Shown here one piece after another: positions 27,938 to 34,675 of a stretch of DNA of 34,675 nt (position 1 is its first letter; the number at the start of each line of letters is the position of its first letter). The position numbers and the translations under genes were made by a program. Source of the stretch: Nostoc sp. DedSLP01 (lineage in GTDB: Bacteria; Cyanobacteriota; Cyanobacteriia; Cyanobacteriales; Nostocaceae); assembly GCA_034530875.2 (NCBI GenBank), contig JAVRCJ020000058.1, forward strand, positions 1-34,675, read 5' to 3'. The notes under the pieces are model-generated. The model did no database searches, had not been told where the DNA came from, and saw only the letters and a list, made by a program, of their open reading frames with translations.

Positions 27938-30031
27938 GTGAAAAAATATTTTTCCTTGCTAACAGTAGGTTTGCCGAGCTTACTGATAGGCTTTCCTGGC
28001 TTGGCTGCTGATACTGAAATTCAGCAGAGAAATAGCGAGAAATCAACTCAAACCATTGCAAATATTCCTACTTTAAGCGAAATTGAGCTACCCGCCACTA
28101 ATGCTCAATTATTAACTCAAGAATCTGCACCGAGTGAAATTGAGCCGGAAACTCAGCCGGAAACAGAGTCAGAACCTAGCGATGATGAAGACATTAACAT
28201 AGAAGCGATCGCAGAACCAGACAGCCTGCCTCAGTCCACACCAACTTACATCATTGAAAAAGAAGAAATTGAAAAGCAAGGCGCTACAAGTTTAGCTGAT
28301 ATTTTAAAACGAATGCCTGGTTTTGCTATCAATGATGTAGGCCTTGGTGCAGATATTCACACAGGAACATACTATCGCGGAGCCTCAATAAATCAGTCTG
28401 TATTTTTGATTAACGGCAGACCAATTAATAATAATGTCAACACTTATCATGGTGGAACTGATTTAAATAGCATTCCTGTAGAAGCTATCGAGCGAGTCGA
28501 ATTATACAGCGGCACAGCCTCGGCTTTGTATGGTTCCTCAGCCTTTGGGGGAGTTGTGAATATCATCACCAAAGAAGGTTACGAACGGCCGAAATTTTCT
28601 GGTAGTACGGAATTTGGCTCATATAGTTTAAATAATCAACAAGTAACTTATGGTGGTTCGGCTGGTTCTGTAAAATACAATTTTAGCTTTGAAAGATTTT
28701 TTTCAGATAACCGTTATCGCGTTCCTGTTGGTGCAGCAAATCGGGATTCTCAAGGATATTTATCAAATGCAGACACAGCTACAAGTACTTATTTTGGTAG
28801 CATTGGTATCGATTTAAATGAAAAAAATTCTTTGAATTTAGATATTACTAAACTCAGCAGCCGTCGCGGCTTAATTTATTTTGGTTTTCCTCTCCAACAA
28901 GATAGATTAGACCACGATGGTTTAAACGTCGGCTTATCTTGGAAAACTCGTCTCGGTAATGGTGAAAGTTCTAATTTGACAACATCAATTGGTTATAACC
29001 AAGATTATTTCAGCACCTATGGCCCTACAGGAGCATTTTACCGTACAGGAGTTTTAGATACGCAACAACTCTCAGCTAGAGTAGATCATGAATGGAGAAT
29101 TACTACTAATAATAAATTGCGCTGGGGTTTAGATTTGAAAAGCACCGATTTAAATGGTGATGTTTTGAGTACAAGTCCTACTAGAATTGGCAATAACGAA
29201 ACTGAAAATAGAAATTTGTTCAACACAGCTTTATTTGCTGTAAATACTTGGAATATTAGCGAAAGTTTTCTAGTAGATTTAGGACTAAGACAAAGCTTTG
29301 ACAGCGAGTTTGGAAGTTATTTGAATCCTAGTGTTGGTTTGCGTTATGACGTTACGCCAATAGTAGCAGTGCGTGGAAGTTGGGCTGGAGGACAGCGCAA
29401 TCCTGGGTTAGATCAGTTATATGTTTATGATACGGTTCATGGTTGGGAACCTAATCCCGATCTAGAACCAGAAATCGGTTCCACTTGGACTGCGGGAGTG
29501 GATGTCAAGTTTTCTAATAATTTGATCGGGCAGTTTACTTACTTTGGTAGTAGTATACGCGATCGCCTGGGAATCATCGCAGGAAGATGGGCAAACATTG
29601 GATTAGTAGATACCAATGGTTTAGAAGCAGCATTGCAATTAAAAATTGCTTCTAATTGGTCAACTTTTCTCAACTATACCTATACAGATGCCCAAATAAA
29701 ATCAGGCCCAGAAAGAGGTTTACAGTTAGGTTTAATTCCTTATTCTGTTCTCCAAACTGGTATAGGTTATCAAAGCGCAGGTTGGCAAGCTAACTTATAT
29801 GTTACTTACAACAGTGGCGCTCGCAGATCTATCTTTACGAATCCAGGTGACAGAATTACAGATTTTGCACCATCTTTTGTGAATTTAGATTTTACTGGAC
29901 GTATACCTTTAACTAGCAATTTAGGACTAACAGTTTACTTAGAAAATTTGCTAGGCGAACAATACGAGCGAGTTAATCGCATATATAGCCCTGGTTTTAC
30001 TTTTCGTATCGGTTTAAGCTCAAGTTTGTAG
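27938..30031 (+). CDS. TonB-dependent outer-membrane receptor (plug + barrel; short N-terminus with no obvious AMIN domain)
   Basis: Signal peptide from GTG 27938 (MKKYFSLL...PGLAA; alternative GTG at 27926). Plug motifs IIEKEEIEKQGATSLADILKRMPG and DLNSIPVEAIERVELYSGTASALYGSSAFGGVVNIITK. NPDLEPE. C-terminal ENLLGEQYE...PGFTFRIGL. Confidence 0.93.
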   Translation: MKKYFSLLTVGLPSLLIGFPGLAADTEIQQRNSEKSTQTIANIPTLSEIELPATNAQLLTQESAPSEIEPETQPETESEPSDDEDINIEAIAEPDSLPQSTPTYIIEKEEIEKQGATSLADILKRMPGFAINDVGLGADIHTGTYYRGASINQSVFLINGRPINNNVNTYHGGTDLNSIPVEAIERVELYSGTASALYGSSAFGGVVNIITKEGYERPKFSGSTEFGSYSLNNQQVTYGGSAGSVKYNFSFERFFSDNRYRVPVGAANRDSQGYLSNADTATSTYFGSIGIDLNEKNSLNLDITKLSSRRGLIYFGFPLQQDRLDHDGLNVGLSWKTRLGNGESSNLTTSIGYNQDYFSTYGPTGAFYRTGVLDTQQLSARVDHEWRITTNNKLRWGLDLKSTDLNGDVLSTSPTRIGNNETENRNLFNTALFAVNTWNISESFLVDLGLRQSFDSEFGSYLNPSVGLRYDVTPIVAVRGSWAGGQRNPGLDQLYVYDTVHGWEPNPDLEPEIGSTWTAGVDVKFSNNLIGQFTYFGSSIRDRLGIIAGRWANIGLVDTNGLEAALQLKIASNWSTFLNYTYTDAQIKSGPERGLQLGLIPYSVLQTGIGYQSAGWQANLYVTYNSGARRSIFTNPGDRITDFAPSFVNLDFTGRIPLTSNLGLTVYLENLLGEQYERVNRIYSPGFTFRIGLSSSL

Positions 30032-30039
30032 TTATTAAA

Positions 30040-30070
30040 TGTAGAGGGTTGCAGTTACAAACCCTCTACA
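30040..30070. terminator. Hairpin between convergent genes
   Basis: Perfect 11-bp arms TGTAGAGGGTT ... AACCCTCTACA. Confidence 0.7.
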
Positions 30071-30084
30071 GAGAAATTGCATTA

Positions 30085-30495
30085 CTATTTGCTGGCGGAG
30101 AAATTATATTCTCCAAGGCTACCACCACTACCGTTCTTTAAAAAAGCTGAAAAAGATCCTCCGATTCTCAGGATAGAACCTGTTTGTGAAAGATTGCCTT
30201 GATAGTACTGATAAGGAAAGTTATTAGCAAGCTTACGGACAAAAGCAATACGTCCGGAACTAGGACAATAGAAGCCTTCAATCGCCGTAGTTGAAAAGAT
30301 AGTACCAGAGATGGGTTTGCAGTTGAGAGTGCTTGTAGGTTGGCTAATAACAAGAGAGCCTGTACTTTGATTTGCCACTACAGACCAAGTGCCGGCTACG
30401 CTTGTCGGCCAGCCATCAGCATAAGCTGAACTTCCCCATGACAATGTTCCACAACAGACAGCAATGGCTGTATATGTTTTGAAATTATTCTTCAT
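30085..30495 (-). CDS. Small secreted hypothetical protein (beta-rich, 2 Cys in the mature part)
   Basis: ATG at 30495 gives MKNNFKTY-hydrophobic-SSAYA signal peptide. The mature part is about 110 aa, rich in Gly/Ser/aromatic residues. Confidence 0.75.
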   Translation of the reverse strand: MKNNFKTYTAIAVCCGTLSWGSSAYADGWPTSVAGTWSVVANQSTGSLVISQPTSTLNCKPISGTIFSTTAIEGFYCPSSGRIAFVRKLANNFPYQYYQGNLSQTGSILRIGGSFSAFLKNGSGGSLGEYNFSASK

Positions 30496-30720
30496 AATTT
30501 GTTCCAAAAAAATTATATAATCAGCTTTATTAAGTAGTAAAAAGCTATCATCAAATAGCCTATTAATTACTAATAAATTTACAAATTTTGATTCAAATTT
30601 TAGTTGTTTAAATTATGTTTATTTATAATAAGAATTGCAGGGAAGGGGAAGGCTTCGCCGAACAACCAACAAGTCGGCACTGCCCAAAGCACTGGCTCTT
30701 GTGCGTGAGACAAAAAATGT

Positions 30721-33240
30721 TTATTCAACAGGGGGAGTAACTGAAATTGAGATTATTTCTCTCACCTCTTCTACAGAATCTTGTTGCAATGCCAATGCAA
30801 CGATCGCCTCACTTTCCTTTAAACTTAACTGATGAATCGCCTGCTTAATCGCAGGTATACTTTGGGGATTTACACTCAATTCATCTAACCCCAAACCCAA
30901 TAAAATCGGTGTTGCTAAAGGATCTGCTGCCAATTCACCGCATAATCCGACGGAGATTCCCAACCCATGAGCAGCTTCAACAGTTTGCTGTACCATCCGC
31001 AATACTGCTGGATGTAGCGCATCAACTAAATTTGCCACGCGTGGGTTAGTACGATCGCCTGCCATAATATACTGGCTCAGGTCATTAGTGCCAATACTAA
31101 AGAAGTCTACTTCAGCAGCTAACCGATCTGCGATCGCCACCGCTGATGGCACCTCTACCATAATCCCTAGTTTTATCTGTGGATCGAAGGGTATACCAGC
31201 TTGAGTGAGTTCCGCATGGACTTCGCGCAAAATTGCCTTCGCTGCACGTACCTCAGCGAGCGTGGCAATCATCGGTAACATAATTTTAATTTGGCGTCCT
31301 ACACTAGCTCTCAAAATTGCCCGCAACTGAGTTTTGAAAATTTCTGGATGACCCAAGCAAAAACGAATTCCCCGCCAACCTAAGAATGGGTTGGCTTCGG
31401 GAAAACCTATCCTTAAATATGGAAGCGGTTTATCGCCGCCGATATCTAAAGTCCGAATCATCAGCGGACGATTATCCAAAACTTCTGCGATCGCCTGATA
31501 CACTGCTAATTGTTCTTCTTCAGTTGGGGCGCTTGTTCTGTCCAAATACAAAAACTCGGTGCGCAGTAGTCCCACACCTTCAGCGCCGTTAGCCACAGCA
31601 ACTTGTACGTCATTGATACTCCCAATATTGGCAAAAACCCTAACTTGCCGACCATCACGAGTAATTGCTGCTTCGTGTGCTGTAGCTAGTGCTTGCTGTT
31701 GGGCAGCTTGCCAAGCTTCTCGTTTGACAAGAAGCTGTTCTAGAATATCCGATGCTGGTTCTACCCAAGCTTTGCCGCTTTCACCATCCAGCGCCATCAG
31801 CGTCCCATCTGCTAAGTGCAACACCTGGGGATCTACTCCCAAAACTGCGGGAATGCCCAAGGTGCGGGCGATAATTGCGCTGTGGGAAGTCGCACTCCCC
31901 GAAGTCGTACAAATTCCTATCACCTTTGTTGGGTCTAGTCCTGCGGTATCCGAAGGCGTTAAATCGCTGGCTACCAAAATCGCTGGTGACTCAAGATGCA
32001 AGTTGGCAGGGGCATTCCCAGTTAGCAACCGCATTACCCTTTGCCCCACATCCACAACATCGTCAACTCGCTCTTGCAAATAAGAATCCTCAAGTGTGCG
32101 GTACGAAGACGCCACTTCGTCGACTACAGCTTGCCAAGCGGATTCGGCATTTATACGGTGTTCTAAGATGCGCTCATGAGCCGCTTCTAAAAGTACGGGA
32201 TCTTCTAAAAATAGCAGTTGGGCATCAAAGATGGCGGCTTCAGTATCGCCAATTTGAATAGATGCTTGGGAAAACACCGCCTGAATTTCTTGGCGGGCAG
32301 TGTTAATTGCTGAGTGTAAACGTTGCCACTCTATCTCTGGCTCGTCTACGTGGTATTCCGTAACTGCAATTGGAGTCGGTTGATAGCGAACGACAGGTGC
32401 GATCGCCACTCCGCCAGAAGCCGGAATTCCCAACAGTTCGCCGTCAGTTGCCGCAGTAGTTTCGTGTTGTAAAACTGGTGAATAATCCACAGCAGCATTG
32501 TCTTCACCAAAGTTTGTGGTAAATAATACTTGCAATGCCGCCAGTGCTTCATCTGCATCAGGGCCGTTGGCAGTAATCAGCAATTCGTGTCCTTGACGCA
32601 CCCCTAAAGTGGTGAGTTGGTTAATACTGTTGCCCCTGGCTAATTGGGTATTTCTAGTTAAATTTTGTACTAAAATTTGAGATTGAAATCGGGCTACGGT
32701 TGCCACAAACTGAGCTGCGGGGCGGGCATGTAATCCTAAACGATTGCTGACAATTATATGGATTTCTTGGGTTGGAAATTGTGTATTGCTTGCTGGGATG
32801 TTGCTATCCCCAACCAAAAACTGATTGCTAACTCCACTCAATTGAGTAGCTTTTGCTAGTAATGCGCCTCGTGCTTCCGCCATTACTTGCTGAATGTTCC
32901 TACCAGCCGCCGCAGCTACCACAGCAGCGATCGCACCTTCTACTAGAGGTGCTTCGCACAAATAGACTTTTTCTCGTTGTCCTGGCGAGAGAAATTCCAG
33001 TGCCATTTCTGCACTCAGCAAAGCACTACCCAAATCCATTAATACCAAGACACCATCATCAGAGAAAACAGTAGCGATCGCTTCGCTAACTTGGATGGGA
33101 TCTGTACCCAAAGGATTTTCGGGATCTTCAATACCTGCGGCAACAGCGATGGGGACTTGACCCCGAACCATCTGCGCGGCGAGTTCCTGCACGCCCAAAG
33201 CTAGTTGTTTACTGTGAGATACTATGACGATTCCGACCAC
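30721..33240 (-). CDS. ptsP: Multidomain PTS phosphotransfer protein: DhaM-type EIIA + HPr + full-length enzyme I (PEP-protein phosphotransferase)
   Basis: MVGIVIVSHS...DLGSA...APLVEGA (DhaM/EIIA-Man). GLHARPAA (HPr His). GSATSHSAIIARTLGIPAV (EI His). GLLRTEFLY, RTLDIGGDK, NPFLGWRGIR, GTNDLSQY, CGELA (PEP-binding domain). Confidence 0.93.
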   Translation of the reverse strand: MVGIVIVSHSKQLALGVQELAAQMVRGQVPIAVAAGIEDPENPLGTDPIQVSEAIATVFSDDGVLVLMDLGSALLSAEMALEFLSPGQREKVYLCEAPLVEGAIAAVVAAAAGRNIQQVMAEARGALLAKATQLSGVSNQFLVGDSNIPASNTQFPTQEIHIIVSNRLGLHARPAAQFVATVARFQSQILVQNLTRNTQLARGNSINQLTTLGVRQGHELLITANGPDADEALAALQVLFTTNFGEDNAAVDYSPVLQHETTAATDGELLGIPASGGVAIAPVVRYQPTPIAVTEYHVDEPEIEWQRLHSAINTARQEIQAVFSQASIQIGDTEAAIFDAQLLFLEDPVLLEAAHERILEHRINAESAWQAVVDEVASSYRTLEDSYLQERVDDVVDVGQRVMRLLTGNAPANLHLESPAILVASDLTPSDTAGLDPTKVIGICTTSGSATSHSAIIARTLGIPAVLGVDPQVLHLADGTLMALDGESGKAWVEPASDILEQLLVKREAWQAAQQQALATAHEAAITRDGRQVRVFANIGSINDVQVAVANGAEGVGLLRTEFLYLDRTSAPTEEEQLAVYQAIAEVLDNRPLMIRTLDIGGDKPLPYLRIGFPEANPFLGWRGIRFCLGHPEIFKTQLRAILRASVGRQIKIMLPMIATLAEVRAAKAILREVHAELTQAGIPFDPQIKLGIMVEVPSAVAIADRLAAEVDFFSIGTNDLSQYIMAGDRTNPRVANLVDALHPAVLRMVQQTVEAAHGLGISVGLCGELAADPLATPILLGLGLDELSVNPQSIPAIKQAIHQLSLKESEAIVALALQQDSVEEVREIISISVTPPVE

Positions 33241-33329
33241 TACAACACCACCAATTTTATTGAGAGGTTTGTGCTTAGCCAGTTATCCATTTGATTTTCC
33301 CATTTTGCACCACTAAAAGCAGTACCTAA

Positions 33330-34526
33330 TCAAAATTGCAACTGCCCGAAAATATTCCGGTCTTTCAAGCTAGAAACTCGAACAAAATAGCCCTGTTTTA
33401 CAGAAATACGTGGCGTCCACTCATGAACGCCATCACTAGCGGTACGGGAAGAAATGTTTTGGATAAGTTTGTTCTCATAGTACAACTTAATCGAGACATC
33501 GCCATCAAAATTGTCTCGCCACAATATTAAATAAGGTTGATCTTTCTTTGTCAGGATTTTATTAACTGGCTGACTGAGTAATATTTTTGGCGCAACTTGA
33601 GTTTTACTCTTCTTACGGAATCCCAGGTAATGAGGTAGGTGTCGAAATACAGGATTTTCTTGCGAATTAGAAAGTTGTGGAACAATAATATTTCCTTTCT
33701 GGGAATTAAATAAATAAGTCGATCTGCCGCCGTCAACGGTAACAATATCGCTTTTTACTCCTAAGTTCCGTAATAAATCTGCTGCCTCATCCAGAGTTGC
33801 CTGATTTACCGTCACAATCAACAACAACTCGTCACCCGGAACGCCATCTTTGTTTAGAGTACCGATGACTTGGTACTTATTCACTTGATTTTGAGCTAAG
33901 ACTTTTGCTGGATGGTCGCTGTATTTGTAAGTAACAATCGCATTTTTTACTGCTTTTTGATTCAGAGGCGCACCGCTAACTTGGTCATAATTTGTAATGT
34001 ATGCTTGCTTATCGTCCCAGACTAAAGCTTTGAGGCGAATATGACTATAATATTTATCTTTTGGTTGGGCGATGGGGCCGTAGGGACTACTACCGCCAGT
34101 AATAACGACACCATTAAGTTTAATTGGAAAAGATAATTGGGTACTAGATTGATACTGCTCGAAAAAAGAACAATTAATTAGAGAAAAAACGTTATTGGCA
34201 TAAAGTTTTTGATATTCATCTGCAACATCAGAAAATAACTTATTTTGGAAAAAAGGGCTGTAATGTTTACCTTCTCCTTGATAATAATTACCTTGAGTGT
34301 TGCCCATATTATCGACCTCTCCAATAATTTGGTCGATGTGTATTTTGCGGAGGTCAATAACTTGTAAATAAGCTTCGTTCCCGTTTGTTAATTGTTTTTT
34401 ATATAAAGCTGCGCCGTCTATAACCTGGAGAGGCTGATAAGAAGAAAAAGGATCGATACTTTGAACAATCCAAAGGCTACTCAGAATTGGCAGCAAAAAA
34501 AGTAATAAATTGATGACAACATTCAT
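33330..34526 (-). CDS. Exported/membrane-anchored protein, phosphodiester-glycosidase (NAGPA/DUF2233)-like domain plus small C-terminal beta domain
   Basis: N-terminal hydrophobic segment. INCSFF and TLDEAADLLRNLGV...VDGGRST resemble the family's NGxFF and LDGGGS motifs. C-terminal YLILW...VSIKLY...SDGVHEWTP domain. Confidence 0.6.
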   Translation of the reverse strand: MNVVINLLLFLLPILSSLWIVQSIDPFSSYQPLQVIDGAALYKKQLTNGNEAYLQVIDLRKIHIDQIIGEVDNMGNTQGNYYQGEGKHYSPFFQNKLFSDVADEYQKLYANNVFSLINCSFFEQYQSSTQLSFPIKLNGVVITGGSSPYGPIAQPKDKYYSHIRLKALVWDDKQAYITNYDQVSGAPLNQKAVKNAIVTYKYSDHPAKVLAQNQVNKYQVIGTLNKDGVPGDELLLIVTVNQATLDEAADLLRNLGVKSDIVTVDGGRSTYLFNSQKGNIIVPQLSNSQENPVFRHLPHYLGFRKKSKTQVAPKILLSQPVNKILTKKDQPYLILWRDNFDGDVSIKLYYENKLIQNISSRTASDGVHEWTPRISVKQGYFVRVSSLKDRNIFGQLQF

Positions 34527-34537
34527 CAGAACTTCTT

Positions 34538-34557
34538 TGAGACATAAATATGTCTCA
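34538..34557. promoter_or_regulatory. Perfect palindrome just upstream of the 34526 start (candidate operator)
   Basis: TGAGACATA-AA-TATGTCTCA. Confidence 0.45.
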
Positions 34558-34606
34558 GGAATTATAATCGAAATTTTTATATTAGCTAGGTTTTGAAATC
34601 AAAGTT

Positions 34607-34675
34607 GAGCCTCAGAAGGTCAACGTCGAGCCTCAGAAGGTCAACGTCGAGCCTCAGAAGGTCAACGTCGAGCCT
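34607..34675. repeat. 21-bp perfect tandem repeat running off the window end
   Basis: GAGCCTCAGAAGGTCAACGTC x3 (starts 34607, 34628, 34649) plus partial GAGCCT. No spacers. Confidence 0.92.

Noticed and set aside
31386..33074. Overlapping ORFs within the PTS gene
   Set aside because: Antisense or alternative-frame shadows of a GC-richer, well-supported CDS.
34607..34675. CRISPR array
   Set aside because: Units are directly adjacent with no spacers, and there are no cas genes in the window.

Overview
Window from a filamentous, probably heterocyst-forming (Nostocales-like) cyanobacterium: about twenty GCGATCGC (HIP1) sites, short tandem repeats, many short inverted-repeat elements, and sigE, petJ and xisI genes. 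Gene order: two giant DUF4347-type surface/adhesin proteins (the first cut by the window edge); priA; sigE; a GNAT acetyltransferase; a truncated xisH plus intact xisI; petJ (cytochrome c6); a Ser/Thr kinase-AAA-GAF-His kinase hybrid; a minus-strand pair of a UbiA-family protein with terpene-synthase-type motifs and a flavin monooxygenase/epoxidase; a 1.65 kb AT-rich gap; a TonB-dependent receptor; a small secreted protein; a DhaM-like EIIA-HPr-EI PTS fusion; a phosphodiester-glycosidase-like protein; and a 21-bp tandem repeat at the right edge. Two leads stand out. (1) The petJ and TonB-receptor promoters, 10.7 kb apart, share an 18-bp palindrome-containing motif (16/18 identical) abutting the -35 box, which suggests a copper-starvation-induced (PetR-type) outer-membrane transporter. 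(2) The UbiA-type terpene synthase plus epoxidase pair looks like a minimal terpenoid pathway. All calls come from reading motifs by eye; no searches were run.
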